Below, piece after piece: positions 36,301 through 51,026 of a stretch of DNA of 64,000 nt. This DNA is from Anaeramoeba ignava BMAN (lineage: Eukaryota; Protista; Anaeramoebae). A program made the translations under genes and the position numbers. The notes under the pieces are model-generated. The model made no database searches and was not told the DNA's origin. It saw nothing but the letters and a program-made list of their open reading frames with translations. The stretch is taken from assembly GCA_028826165.1 (NCBI GenBank), contig JAPDFW010000070.1, forward strand, positions 496,001 to 560,000, given 5' to 3'. How positions within the stretch are numbered: the stretch's first letter is position 1; each line of letters starts with the position of its first letter.

Positions 36301-38221
36301 TCAAAACTACAGAAGCACAAAAAACATCATTCAAGCAGCTTCTCAAATGATTCAATATAACCAGAAAAGAATTCAGAAAAGTCTTTGGACAAACAATCCG
36401 CAAGGATCCAAAATCAAAGTTTTTTATTGTCAAAACCCAGATTTAGAAGCACAAAGAATTGCTGATGAAATTGTCAAAATTGCTAAAACACAATATTCAT
36501 ATAGAGACATAGCTGTTTTATTCCGAGTTCGTTCAGTTTCAATTAAATTTGAATTGGAATTCTCCAAAAGAGGGATTCCTTATCAATATCCAAAAGGAGT
36601 CGGATTTTATAACCGAACAGAAATATCCGATATTATTGCTTTCTTGAATTTTGTTGTGGATCAATCAAGTAATGAATCTTATATGAGAATCGTCAATATT
36701 CCAAATCGAAATATTGGTCAAAATACCTTGAAAATGATTCAAATGATTTCTAAACAGGAAAGAATTTCTTTTTTTGAAGCAACAAAAATGGCAATTGAAA
36801 AAAATAATGATATTAAACAAAAAAAAGGAGAAATAGTTGAAAAACGACTTTTAGAAAAATTTGTATCTTCAAATCCATCAAAAATTATTGAAAAGGATAC
36901 ACAATGGTATATTGATTCAATTAAAAGAAGACAAATTTCAAGTTTATCTAAATTTGTGGAATTTATTACAAAAATAATTCAAAAATGCAAAACTCTTGAA
37001 ACTCCAACTTCTGTAATTAATTATATTCTTAAGAAAGTTAAATACTTTTCACTTGTAAGAAAAGAGGATAACCCAAAAAGTAATTCACTTCTCAATAAAA
37101 AGCAACAATTAGTTGATTATGATAATGTTTTTGATGAAAATGATGATGGAACTGAAAATTATTCAAGAAGAAAAGCAGTTAATGAACTTTTAGTTTTATC
37201 TGAAGAATTTTATGAAAAATACAAAAGCATTCGGAATCAACAAAATAATCAACAAAATAATCAACAAAATAATCAACAAAATAATCAACAAAATAATCAA
37301 CAAAATCAAAATCAACAAAATCAACAAAGTCACAATATTTTATTTATTTTAAGCAAATTTACTTCTCAAATTTCTGATCAAATTTATAAGAATTTTTCAG
37401 AAAATAAATGTATTATGACAACAATTCATCAAGTAAAAGGACTTGAATTTCCAATTGTATTTCTTGTTAGATTTAATTATGGAGTTTTACCTTTACCACA
37501 AATTGGAGGAGAAGAAAATGAAAATCCAAAATTAAATTCAAATAAAAAAAATAAAAATTCAAATAAAAAAAATCAAAATCAAAATCAAAATCAAAATCAA
37601 AATCAAAATGAAATTGAAAATCAAAATCAAAATCAAAATCAAAATCAAATTGAAAATCAAAATTCATTTCAATTTCAAAAATTAAATCAAAATCAAAATC
37701 AAATTGAAAATCAAAATCAAAATCCAAATCAAAATCAAAATGAAATTGAAAATCAAATTGAAAATCAAATTGAAAATCAAAATCAAATTGAAAATCAAAA
37801 TCAAAATCAAAATCAAAATCAAAATCAAATTGAAAATCAAAATCAAAATCAAAATCAAAATCAAAATCAAAATCAAAATCAAAATCAAAATAATTTTCAT
37901 GTTGATATTGAAGAAGAAAGGAGAATTGCAATGGTTGCTTTTACTAGAGCTAAAGAACATCTTTTTCTTAGTTTTGTTGCATATGATTCAAATGGAAAAA
38001 AAGTTCTTCCTACTCCTTTTTTTCAAGAAGTATCAGCAGATTTATTTGAAATTGAACATTGTTTTAATTTAAAAAAAAATAATTCAAATTCAAATTCAAA
38101 TTCAAAAAAAAGAAATCAAAGAAATCAAAGAAATCAAAGAATAGAAAATCATAATCAATCTTTTCAAAATGATAATAAAGAACAAAAAGAAGAAAAAAAA
38201 CCAAAAATTAATCAAAAATAA
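33365..38221 (+). CDS. UvrD/Rep/Srs2-like SF1A DNA helicase with N/Q-rich N-terminus
   Basis: [78 protein letters not shown]. Introns 35132-35220, 35948-36037 and 36123-36216. The low-complexity N-terminus has several frame breaks, so the start is uncertain. Confidence 0.9.
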
Positions 38222-38281
38222 ATTTAAAAAATAAAAAAAACTTTTTTCATTTTTTTCATTTTCATTTTTTTCATTTTCAAA

Positions 38282-40560
38282 ATGAATCAAACAAATTCAA
38301 AATATAGATCAAAAACAGATATTTATTTCTCTTCTAATTTACAAAAAGATTTTAAAGGAAAAAGAAGAATAGAATTAATTCGTTCAAAAATCAAAATCAA
38401 AATCAAAATCAAAATCAAAATCAAAATAAAAATCAAAATCAAAATCAAAATCAAAATCAAAATCAAAATCAAAATCAAATTCAAAATCAAAATCAAAATC
38501 AAAATCAAAATCAAAATCAAAATCAAAATCAAAATCAAAATCAAAATCAAAATCAAAATCAAAATGAAAATCAAAAAAAGCAAATTCAACTTTTGAATAG
38601 ATCACCTTCAATTTCAATTGAAGAAGATAAAAAACCAATAAATTTATCAAATCAAAGAAAAAATAACAGATTTAAAAATATAATAAAGAAAGTAAAAAAC
38701 AATAATACGAATCAAAATCAAAATCAAAATCAAAATCAAAATCAAAATCAAAATCAAAATCAAAATCAAAATCAAAATCAAAATCAAAATCAAAATCAAA
38801 ATCAAATTGAAAATCAAATTGAAAATCAAATTGAAAATCAAAATCAAAATCAAAATCAAAATCAATTTGAAAATGAAAATAAAAATCAAAATGAAAACCA
38901 AAATCAATTTCAAAATCAAAATCAAAATCAAAATCAAAATCAAAATCAATTCGAAAATGAAAATCAAAATGAAAATAAAAATAAAATTGATTTTGATTTT
39001 GATTTCGAAATAAATTCAAGAATCGAAAAAGCTCAAAACTTAAACAAAAAAAATAATTTCCAAATCACTCCAAATATTCAGCAATCATTTTATAAAAATT
39101 TATTACAAAGATACAAATCACTTTATTATTCCCCAAGTAATTTCCATGATTTTATTATTAAAGTTGGAAAAAATTATAAACCATTCAAATGTCATCGATG
39201 TATTCTTGAATTTCAATCACCATTTTTCCAATCTTTCCTTCATGAAAAAAATCCAGAATTCGCTTGTTTTCCTGATATTGATGAAGATATTATGGAGCAA
39301 ATACTCAAATATATTTATACAGGAGAAATTGATATTGAACAACTTGATTTATTTGATTTGTGGACAGCTTCAAATTTTTTCAAATTGGATTTGCTATCAA
39401 ACTCAATTCAAGATGAAGTTTCCAAAAATATTTCAAATGAAAATGTTGTGAATATTTACTTGAAAACATTCAATAATTTATCAAACGATTTGCGTTTGAA
39501 ATGCTTGATTTATTTGGTTCAAAATTTTTACCAATTAAAAGAGATTGAGAATTTTATTCAACTCAATCCTATTCACATTATGGAAATTGTAAATTTTGGC
39601 ATTTCACACAGTATTTTCACAAATTTGGTCCAGCTTTTGTTGCATTTAAAAAATTGGGTAGAAGATATTCATCTTCCTTCTCTTTGTCTTCCATCAACAA
39701 AAAAGGAAATCAAAAGAATTTTGAATCCCTTAATGGAAAAAATTATACCAAGTGTGAATCAAGAACAAATTCGTCAAATTCAACAACTAGATTTTATCCC
39801 TAAATATTTATTCATTCAACTCGAAAACATGCTGAATCCATCAGAAAAAAAAGTGATTGATTTACAAGAAATTAATGATGATTATGATAATTATAAGGAT
39901 GATGAAAAAGAGAATTTTGTTGAATTGAAAAGAAAAATGGAACAATTGAAACGGAAATGTGAAAATTATGAAAAAATCATCCAAGAAAATCACAAGATGC
40001 TAGAAACATCGTTCAAAACATCACGAATCATTACAACAATATCACAATATGAATATTTGAAGAATTGGATCCAAGATGACATGTTTTTAAATTCAATGGT
40101 TCTTGGGTTTTCCAAGTTGATTGATGGGAATTCAAGTGAAATTTTCCATCAAAAATGTGACAACAAAGGAAGAACACTTGTGATTATCAAAACATTTGAT
40201 GGATTTATATTTGGAGGTTATACAATTTCTGGATTTGGAAAAGGAAATAAGGGTCCAATTAAAGATCCAAATGCTTTTATTTTTTCATTAAAAAATTCCA
40301 AAGATGAAAAACCTCTAAAATTTCCTATTAGAATTGAAAAACAGAACGAAGCTATTTATTCAAAGGATAATGAAGGTCCTGATTTTGGGGCTCCTACAAG
40401 CGATATTCGTGTTAATAAGGATTTAACTGGTGGTCATACTAATTTTGGAAAAACTTATTTATTACCTTCTCAAATTGAATTTGGATTTTATTCAAAAACT
40501 TATTTAGCAGGAACATATAATCAATGGGAAATTGAAGAGATTGAGATTTATTTTATTTAA
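38282..40560 (+). CDS. BTB/POZ + TLDc domain protein
   Basis: BTB: DFIIKVG..FKCHRCIL..SPFF..ILKYIYTG. TLDc: DG..FHQKCDNKGRTLVII..IFGGYT..AFIFSL..GPDFG..EIEIY. The likely ATG at 38282 needs a frameshift correction at ~38385. Confidence 0.88.
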
Positions 40561-40703
40561 GAAATTTATTATTTTTATTTTGAAGAATTAAAATTCAATT
40601 CAAAATCAAAATTAAAATTAAAATTCAATTCAAAATTAAAATTAAAATAAAATTTGTTTTTTTTCACACAAAAAGATTTCTTTCTTCTTCTTCTTTTTAT
40701 TTT

Positions 40704-42331
40704 CTAATTTTCTTTTTCAGATGAAGTTACTCCATCACTATTTTCATCACTCATTAAACTTTCTTGTTTTTGAGCAATTAAATTTTCTGGAATTTCAAAA
40801 CCTGTCATTAAATTGTCAGAAAATTTTGATCCATATTTTTGAAAATTTTTTGGAATTTTAGGATGCATACTATATAATTGAACAACTGAAGGAATTACTT
40901 CAGGAATATAATAAGAGAATGTCATATAAATCTAATTTAGATTTTGATTTTAATTTTAATTTTGATTTTTAATTTAGATTTTGATTTTAATTTTGATTTT
41001 GATTTTGATTTTGATTTTAATTTTGATTTTGATTTTAATTTTAAATTTAAATTTAATTTTAATTTTAATTTTAATTTTAATTTTGATTTTAATTTTGATT
41101 TTGATTTTGATTTTGATTTTGATTTTGATTTTGATTTTGATTTTAATTTTGATTTTAATTTTGATTTTGATTTTGATTTTGATTTTGATTTTGATTTTGA
41201 TTTTGAATTCAAATTTTAATTTTGATTTTAATTTTGATTTTGATTTTGATTTTGATTTTAATTTTGATTTTGATTTTAAATTTTTCCATTTACACCTTCA
41301 GCAAAATATTTATGAGTAATTGGATAATATAAAAGCATAATAAATCTGGATAAAAAACAAATAGAAAAAATAGTAGCAATAGTAGCAATTTTGTTTAAAG
41401 CTTTACGTCTTTGTAAAACAAATGAGACTGTATTCTAAAGTTTAATTGATAAAAATATTTTTAGAAATTTTTTGAATTGAATTAAATTGAATTAAAAATT
41501 TTTTCATCATTGAATACTTTATATTTGCAAAACAAAAGTATTCCATAAATAAGAAAACCAAAAGCAGCAAAAAAAGAAGAACCTCCAACAACCAATACAC
41601 CCACTGTATAAACTGTATCAGTTTCTTTTGTATTTTTATCATCAATTGAAAATTCAATAATTTGTTCTATTGTAAAAAGATATAAAATTAAATTTGCAAA
41701 AATAAATGGTTTTAAAAGCCTTGAAAGACTGAAATGATTTGAAAGTGAAGATAAGTCGTGATAAATTTCTGCCCTAAATTGTTCAATTATTATTATTATT
41801 ATTTTTAAATAATTTTTGATTTAATTTTTTAAATAATTTTTGATTTAATTTTTGATTTAATTTTTGATTTAATTTTTTACCAATAAAATATCAAATATGT
41901 AAAATTAGTAAAAAAACTTAAAATTGCAAAACGATTTAAACCAAATGTTAAAACTCGATTTTCTCTATCATTTAAAACTATCCAAATAATCCTAACTAAA
42001 AATTTGTTTATAAATTCATTTTTTATAAAATTTCAATTTTTATAAAATGTTTTTTTCTTTTCAATTTACTTATCAAAAAACAAAGTAAAAGAATATAAAA
42101 TTGTAATTGAAATTTTGAAGGAAATTGAATAAATCGTCTAAATTGGCAAATACGAATTGTTCCAAGCTATTTTATTATTGTTTTTTTTATTGTGTTTTTT
42201 TTTATTGTTTTTATTTTTATTAAAAAAAAAAACTCAATTAAATTTCCTTTTTTAAATTAAAATTTTACAAGAAGGAGAAGAAAAACAAATGAATATAAAA
42301 TAATTCCAATTATAGAAACTGTACTTAACAT
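40704..42331 (-). CDS. THH1/TOM1/TOM3-like (DUF1084) multi-pass membrane protein, 6 exons
   Basis: Not in the ORF track as a whole. Introns 42167-42268, 41996-42069, 41774-41880, 41435-41517 and 40932-41293. Motifs FTYLIFYWAEIYH, GFLIYG, YYIPEVIPS. Confidence 0.8.
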
Positions 42332-42638
42332 TAAAAATTAAATTAAAAAAAAAGAGAAAATGAATTAGAAAAAAAATAAAAACAAATTTAAAAAAAGATT
42401 TTTTTTTTCTTCAATTTGGAATTTAGGATTTAGATTTAGATTTAAAATTAGATTTAGATTTAGATTTAGATTTAAAATTAGATTTAGATTTAGATTTAAA
42501 TTTAAAATTAGATTTAGATTTAAATTTCCATTTTTGGTATTTTTTTTTATTATTATAAAAAAGAAAATTTCAAAAATGGAAAAAAAATCAATCAACCAAT
42601 TAAAAAAGAAAGAAAAGAAACAGAAAAAAGCAAACAAA

Positions 42639-45600
42639 TCAGTTTTGAATTTGAATTTGATTTTGAATTTGATTTTGATTTTGATTTTGAATTTGATTTT
42701 GAATTTGATTTTGAATTTGAATTTGAATTTGAATTTGAATTTGAATTTCAAATTTAATTTTGATTTTGATTTTGATTTTGATTTTGATTTTGATTTTGAA
42801 TTTGATTTTAATTTTGATTTTGAATTTGAATTTGAATTTGATTTTGAATTTGAATTTGAATTTGATTTTGAATTTGATTTTGAATTTGATTTTGAATTTG
42901 ATTTTGAATTTGAATTTGATTTTGATTTTGATTTTGAATTTGATTTTGATTTTGATTTTGATTTTGATTTTGAATTTGAATTTGAATTTGATTTTGAATT
43001 TGAATTTGATTTATTTTAATTTTGATTTTGATTTTGATTTTGATTTTCAATTTGAATTTAATTTTGATTTTGATTTTGATTTTGAATTTGATTTTGATTT
43101 TGAATTTGATTTTGAATTTGATTTTGAATTTGATTTTGAATTTGATTTTGAATTTGATTTTGAATTTGATTTTGATTTTGAATTTGATTTTGAATTTGAT
43201 TTTGATTTTCAATTTGAATTTAATTTTGATTTTGATTTTGATTTTGATTTTGATTTTCAATTTGATTTTGAATTTTGATTTTCATTTTGATTTTGAATTT
43301 GATTTTGAATTTGATTTTGATTTTGATTTTGATTTTAATTTTGATTTTGATTTTGATTTTGATTTTAAATTTTGATTTTGATTTTAATTTTGATTTTGAA
43401 TTTGATTTTAATTTTGATTTTGAATTTGATTTTGAATTTGAATTTGATTTTGATTTTGATTTTGATTTTGATTTTGATTTTCAATTTTGATTTTGATTTT
43501 GATTTTGATTTTGATTTTGATTTTGATTTTGATTTTGATTTTGATTTTGATTTTGATTTTAATTCTGATTTTAATTTTGATTTTGATTTTGAATTTGATT
43601 TTGAATTTGAATTTAATTTTGATTTTGAATTTGAATTTGATTTTGATTTTGATTTTGAATTTGATTTTGATTTTGATTTTGATTTTGATTTTGATTTTGA
43701 ATTTGAATTTGAATTTGAATTTGATTTTGATTTTAATTTTGATTTTGAATTTGATTTTAATTTTGATTTTGATTTTGATTTTGAATTTGAATTTAAATTT
43801 TGATTTTGATTTTGATTTTGATTTTGATTTTGATTTTGATTTTAATTTTGATTTTGAATTTGATTTTAATTTTGAATTTGATTTTGAATTTGAATTTGAA
43901 TTTGAATTTGAATTTCAAATTTAATTTTGATTTAGATTTTGATTTAAATATAAATTCAATGATGGATCACTTGGTATTTTTACATTTTTTTTAGAAACTA
44001 TAACACCTCTTTTTTTAGTAAATTCAGGACTTATACTTTTTGATCTATTTACTTTTAAAAAACTTGATTGAAGTTTAATTTCGACAATTTCAGAATCTAA
44101 TGAAAGATCCAAATTAACCTTTTTTTTCTCGATTGCACTTCTAGAAAGTTTAGGAAGTTGTTTAAATGCTCCTTTTGATGATTCAATTTTTAGTGGCGAT
44201 GATTCTTTTGATTTTAAAAGATCAACAACTGGAATATCTAAAGATATTTGAGGATGTTTATTTCTTTCTGAGGGAATAATTGGTGAAATATGAAAAGCTC
44301 GACTTGTAGTTAATTTCCTTGGAATTGTCTTAATTTTTGAGTTTTGATTTTGTTTTGATTGCTTTTCATGAAATTTTATTTTTTTTTCATTTTCTTCTTG
44401 ATTTATTTTTTTTTCATTTTCTTCATTTTCATGATCAAAATTAAAAATTCGGATATTTTGAGTATCATCATAAGCAGAATCTAAAAATTTTTTCAATTCA
44501 TCAATTTTATTTTGTTTTTGTGGAGAAAGTGTTGGTGTTCTTCTTTGTGTACTTTGTATTATATTTGGTGATATTGGTTTGTATTCTTGATTTGTTTCAA
44601 TTGAAATATTTTGTTTTTCTTTATCAATTTTGTTTTCAGATGTATCTTTTGAAAGAAATAAAGGATTTACTTGAAAATTCAATGATAAAAATTCAGATCT
44701 TCCATTTGTATTTGATTTTCCATTTGAACTCATGTCAAAACTTTTGGAATTTAAATTTCCATCAGAATTAAAATTTGGATTTGAATGTGAATTAAAATGA
44801 AATTTTGTTTGTGGTTTTAAATCTTCATTTGATTTGGTTTTAGATTTTAATTTGAATTTTGAATCTGTTTTTGAATTTGATTTTGAATTTAGTTTTGATT
44901 TTGATTTTGATTTTGATTTTAAATTTGAATTTGTTTTTAAATGTTCATTAGGATTTGAATTTGAATTTGAATTTGAATTTGTTATGGAATTAAAACTTGG
45001 ACTTAATTTTCCATTTCTATTTAAATTTGAATTTAAATCTAAATTTGAATTTGTTATGGAATTAAAACTTGGACTTAATTTTCCATTTGTATTTGAATTT
45101 GGATTAAAATTAAATGTAGAATTAAAATTTGGACTTAATTTTCCATTTGTATTTGAATTTGAATTTGAATTTGAATTTGAATTTGAATTTGGATTAAAAT
45201 TAAATGTAGAATTAAAACTTGGACTTAATTTTCCATTTGTATTTGTATTTGAATTTGAATTTGAATTAAAATTAAATGTAGAATTAAAACTTGGACTTAA
45301 TTTTCCATTTCTATTTCTATTTGAATTTGAATTTGTATTTGAATTTGAATTTGAATTTGATTTTGAATTTGATTTTGATTTTGAATTTGTATTTGGTTTT
45401 GTATTTGGTTTTGATATTGAATTAGATAAATTTTCTTCAAAATATTCTTCATCTGAATCAGTATTACTTTCTATATCTGTTTCTTTTTCTGGATCGGTTG
45501 ATGTTTCTGCATCAGTTGATGTTTCTAAATCAGTATTTTCATCATTTGCTTCTCGTGTATTTTCTGATTTTACAGTTTCTTCTGAAACTGTACTAAATCC

Positions 45601-47853
45601 TCCTTGAATAATTGGTGAATTAGAATAAGCATTTGAAACAGAAGTAAAAGAAATTAATTTTTTTGAGTTTGCATTATCTGTATGTGAAGAAATAAATTTT
45701 TGAGTTTTCACTAAATTTTTGTTATAAATTAATTATGAATAAAATTGGTATGAATTATTTTTGAATTTTTGAATTTAATAATCACATATTGATTCAATTT
45801 CTTTGGAAAGTTTATTAATTGAGATATCAATGTTAAATTGAGAAGAAATTTCTTTTGCAGCATCTAAAGGAGTTTCTGAGGTTAAATTATAAGGATAAAC
45901 AATTTCAAAAATTTGATCATTTTTTTGAGCAAAAATCTTTATCTCAGCAACATTAACATCATCTTTATTTGAACGAGGAACTACATAAAACATTTTACTT
46001 GGAGTTTGTGTATTTGTAGTTGGGTTATCAGTGATTTGTTCAGATATTGAATTATGAATAATATCTGATGAAATGATTTGTTCATTTGTTTGTGGTTCTT
46101 GATTGAAAAATGGATGAATAAGCAGTTCTTCTGATGTTGGTCTTAATTCTGCTGGTCCAATACATAATTTTATAAATTCTTTGATTTCTGAATCATCCAC
46201 TTTTTCAAGTGAATTTGGAAGCTCTCTCTGATATTTTTTTTAATTTTAATTTTAATTTTAATTTTTAATTTTAATTTTAATTTTAATTTTAATTTTAATT
46301 TTAATTTTAATTTTAATTTTAATTTTAATTTTAATTTTAATTTTAATTTTAAATTACTGCTTGAACTTTTTTAAAGACTTGAGCTGCATTTTCGCATTCA
46401 TTATAAGGATAATCGCCTGTTGCCATTTCTAAAATACACATCCCAAATGCATAAATATCAACTTTTTCATTATATTTTCTTCATACAATTCAGGTGCCAT
46501 AAAATGTGGAGTTCCTGTATTTATATTTTAATTTTGATTTTGATTTTGATTTTGATTTTGAATTTGATTTTGATTTTGAATTTGATTTTGATTTTGATTT
46601 TGATTTGATTTTGAATTTGATTTTGATTTTAATTTTGATTTTGATTTTGATTTTAAATTTAATTTTGAATTTAATTTTGATTTTAATTTTGATTTTGATT
46701 TTGATTTTAATTTTGATTTTGATTTTGATTTTGATTTTAATTTTGATTTTGATTTTTATTTTGATTTTGATTTTGATTTATATTTTTATTTTGATTTATA
46801 TTTTGATTTTGATTTTGATTTTGATTTTGAATTTGTTTTTGAATTTGATTTTGAATTTGATTTTGATTTTGATTTTGATTTTGATTTTGATTTTGATTTT
46901 GATTTTGATTTTGAATTTGATTTTGATTTTGATTTTGATTTTGATTTTGATTTTGATTTTGATTTTAAATTTGATTTTGAATTTTGATTTTGAATTTGAT
47001 TTTGAATTTGATTTTGATTTTGATTTTGAATTTGATTTTGATTTTAATTTAGAATTTGAATTTGATTTTGAATTTGATTTTGATTTTGAATTATACCAAT
47101 AATGCTTGTAACATGATCAGTAACTTTTACTTTTGATTCACCTAAATCACCAATTTTAACTTTTCCTTTTCTTCCATTTAAAAAAATATTATCACATTTA
47201 ATATCTCTATGAATAATAGGAGGATCTTTTGTATGAAGATAATTGATTCCTTTGATAATTTGAAGACCAAATTTTTTTATTGCTTTTTTACTCAATTTTT
47301 TTACTTTATCAATATAATTTCTCAGACTTCCTGATTGCATAATTTCAGTAATAAAAACTAATGTTCTTGACTCTGATTCAATCCATACATCAATTAGTTC
47401 AATTATTTGTGAGTGTTTTACTTGTTTAAGTATTGAAATTTCTCGATATAATTTTTCACCATCAATTTGTGAAATATGATCTAATTTAACTTGATTCCAA
47501 GCAACTTCAAATCCTTCTTCTCTGTTAATTGCATAATAAACTGTTTTTATTGCTCCTCTTCCTAAAACTTTTGAATACTATTTTTATCATTTAATTTTAA
47601 TTTTAATTTTAAATTTTTTAAAAATTAATTTTTCGAAATTTTAATTTTAATTTTAATTTTATAAATGAATTTTAAATTTTAATTTTTAATTTGAATTTTA
47701 ATTTAAATTTTAAATTTGATCTTCTTTTTGATCTTCTTTCTTTCATTTAATAAATTATCAAAATAAAATCTTGCGAAAAAAAAAAATAAATAAAGATTTA
47801 TTTACTCTAATATATTTATCATGTGTTTCAACTGGATTATATTTATTTGTCAT
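42639..47853 (-). CDS. WNK: WNK-family Ser/Thr kinase; 3' end uncertain (43921 or ~42639)
   Basis: [17 protein letters not shown] (catalytic Lys in subdomain I), [39 protein letters not shown]. Introns 47578-47805, 46515-47096, 46228-46357 and 45711-45785. Confidence 0.92.
42640..43930. repeat. 1.3-kb (GATTTT/GAATTT)n array at the WNK 3' end
   Basis: Continuous hexamer array; either a QN/QI tail with indels or 3' UTR. Confidence 0.92.
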
Positions 47854-48356
47854 TGAAATATTAAAAGAGAAAAATTATCAATAAAAAAAATAAAAAATAA
47901 AATAGCAAAACACAAAAAAAAAAAGAAAAAAGAAGTGAAAAAAAAAATGAAAAAAAATGATCTAAAAAAAAAATTTTTTTAAATTTAAAAATAAAAAATG
48001 AAATCAATAAAACAAAAAAATAACAATAAAATTAAAAATAAAAAAATTTGGTTGATTTGATTGTTATTTCAATTTAAAAATTTTAAAACAAAATTTAAAG
48101 CAAAATTTAAAGCAAAAATAATAAATTGATCAATAAAAAAATAAAAATAAAAATAAAAAATAAATTAAAATAAAAAATAAATTATAAAAATAAAAAAAGG
48201 AGATTAATTCAAAATAAATGGACTAAATAGCATTTCTTTGTCATCATTTTTTTCTACTTTTTATTTAATTGATCAATTTTCTCCTTTTTTATTTTTAATT
48301 TATTTTTTTCTCCATTTTATTTTTCATTTTTTCTTTCTTTCTTTTTAAATTAAAAA

Positions 48357-50959
48357 ATGAAAAGAATTTCTTTTTGTTTTTCTTTTTAATTATCTTATTT
48401 TTAATTCAAAATACAAATCAAAATACAAATCAAAATACAAATCAAAATACAAATCAAAATACAAATCAAAATACAAATGTTTATCAAATAATGAAAAATT
48501 TAAAAAAATTATCAAAAGAACAAACAAAACAAATTTCAATTCCTGTTAAATTTTCAATAATTTTAATTGGATTTAATGAAAGAAATGAATTTGAATTTAA
48601 TTTTTCAACAGAAAAACTTAAAGATAGATTATCTTTAGCTTTTAATTCAAGAACACCAACTTTTATTGAAACAGGAAATGAATTTCCTATTGAATATAAA
48701 ATTGAATATGAAATTATAGATTTATCTAAACATCCAAATATTGGAAATGATTTTAATTTAATTATACAAGAAAAACTCAATGAAAATGAAAATCAAAATC
48801 AAAATCAAAATGAAAATGAAAATCAAAATCAAAATCAAAATGAAAATGAAAATCAAAATCAAAATCAAAATGAAAATCAAAATCAAAATCAAAATCAAAA
48901 TCAAAATCAAAATCAAAATCAAAATCAAATTAAAAAAGAAATATTTATAAAAAAGAAAAACCAAATCGATTCTTATTTCAAAAATATATATTTATAAAAA
49001 GACAAAAATTTTCTTCAAATCGATTCTTATTTAAAAATAATATAAAATCAAAATGGAAATCAAAATCAAAATGGAAATCAAAATCAAAATCAAAATCAAA
49101 ATCAAAATCAAAATCAAAATCAAAATCAAAATCAAAATCAAAATCAAAATCAAAATCAAAATCAAAAAAATTATTGTTACAGATATGAAAATGGAGAATG
49201 TTCTCAATTTTGGACTAGTAAAGAAGGATATGCTGTAATTGATTTAACAGCAGGACCTTGTAATTTTGGAAAAAAGAAATATTACGTAAATAACCCAATA
49301 AAAAATGAGCAAAATTTCTTCCCAAGGATTGATAGAAATTCAATTAAAAATGAGAATCAAATTTTATCAGAACTTACCAAATTAATCATTTCAACAATTG
49401 AGTATGTTTTCATTCCTGATTTGTTTCAAGAAATACTGAAATTTCCTGAAAATATTACGATCCCTATTATTCATTTATCTGATCATCAAAAAGGAGATTT
49501 TTCAGATGGATATCCAGAATTTATACTTATTAATCATCTTCAAAACCAATTAAACCAAATTGCATTTCCAAATCAAGGAATTAGAGTTTTAAAGGGAGAT
49601 AATGATATTTTTAAATATTCAACATTTTATATTGGGATTCTTCAATCATTAAAACCATATTTATTCACACAAAATTCATATTTATTAGATCAAAATATGT
49701 CTTGGAATTTTGATTTTTACATTGATACTCAAGAACTATTTAAAAGATTAATGGAATCAGGATTTTCAGTCATAATTGATTCATTACTTTCCTTTGATAT
49801 TGGAGAACTAGAAAAGCTAAGTTCTTATGATTCCAGTTATGATTTATATAAATTGAAAAATGATCCATTTGTTGTAAATAGAAATTATCTGGAAAATCAA
49901 ATGGAAATGGAAAATGAAGATTTACCAATTTCGGAACAAGAACAAAAAAATATCAAAATATCACAACAAAAACAACAGTCAACAACAAATTTCAATGAAA
50001 AAAAAAGCAAAAAAGACTATTTGGACAAATTTTCATTCAATAAAAATATTTATCAGCATTTCGAAAAACCATACTTATTTCAGACATTTTTTGTATTGTC
50101 TTTAACCGAATTAAGAATGGGAAACTCTTATTTGGATCGAATTAGTCTTTTTTCTACATATGATTTTGGAGGGTTTGTTCTCCAGCCAACAGAAAAAACC
50201 ATTTTCCGAAATCCATATTATTATGAAAGCAAGGAATATGAAAAGGAGATTGATTTGCGTAATCCAAATCGCAATATTTTATCTGCTGTTCTATCATCAA
50301 TTTGTGGATTAATTCCTCCTTATCAAAAAATGTCTGAACATTCACAAAAAATTCAACATAATTATAACTTTGCAACAGGACACACAACATATGGTCCTTT
50401 TTCAACAATAAATTCACTTACAAACCTAACAATTAAACAATGCAGAATGAATACGATTGGATCGCAGGTTTATTTTGCATTACAAATTATTGATGATGTT
50501 TACAATTATTTTGAGGATTTTTGGCAAAAATATTTCCCCAATTTGAAAAATAACGGAAACGAATCTAATTTTTCTTTTGTTTTTCCCAAAAAAGAAAACT
50601 CACACTCAAATGAAGAGAGAATGCTATTAAGTTTTATCCGCTCATTTCAACAAGAATTTGAAAATATTTTGCAAATTAAAAATCAAATTACTCAATATTT
50701 AAAAAATAATCAATTGGATAAAGCTTTCAAATCTTCTCAAGTTTATTTGTATTCTGTGATTTCTTTACAAAAATTTACACAAACTAATATTGAAGAAATT
50801 GAATCAAGTTTTCAATGTTGCAAAATTATTCATCAAAAAATCAATCAATCAAAAAATCACATTTCAACTTCAAAAAAAAATGCATTGAATTATTTTTTTT
50901 TATTCATTACATTCTTGTCATTAATAATTACGTTTTTCTCTTATTTCAAAACGAGATGA
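48357..50959 (+). CDS. Secreted/type I membrane protein resembling the plant At5g58100-like uncharacterised family
   Basis: Hydrophobic N-terminus; IPVKFSIILIGF; YAVIDLTAGPCNFG; NPNRNILSAV..GLIPPY; GHTTYGPFS; C-terminal TM. Frame breaks at ~48370 and ~48960-49060. Confidence 0.65.
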
Positions 50960-51026
50960 TTTTTTTTTCTTTGCAAAATAAAATTAAAATTAAAATTAAA
51001 AATTAAAATTAAAATCTTTTCTTCTT

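Noticed and set aside
35060-38221. Intein in the helicase or other conserved enzymes
   Set aside because: The insertions are QN low-complexity tracts. I saw no C/S...HN-C/S/T boundaries or LAGLIDADG motifs.
30270-47102. Many ORFs of poly-(IL), (FD), (KI) or (NL) in the ORF track
   Set aside because: They are alternative-frame or antisense readings of AATCAA/GATTTT arrays in introns and QN tracts.
48215-48250. C/D-box snoRNA (ATGATGA on the minus strand)
   Set aside because: There is no CTGA D box at a suitable distance.
48960-49060. Short direct duplication AAATCGATTCTTATTT as a mobile-element footprint
   Set aside because: It sits between two QN arrays at a frame break and is more likely a local mis-assembly.
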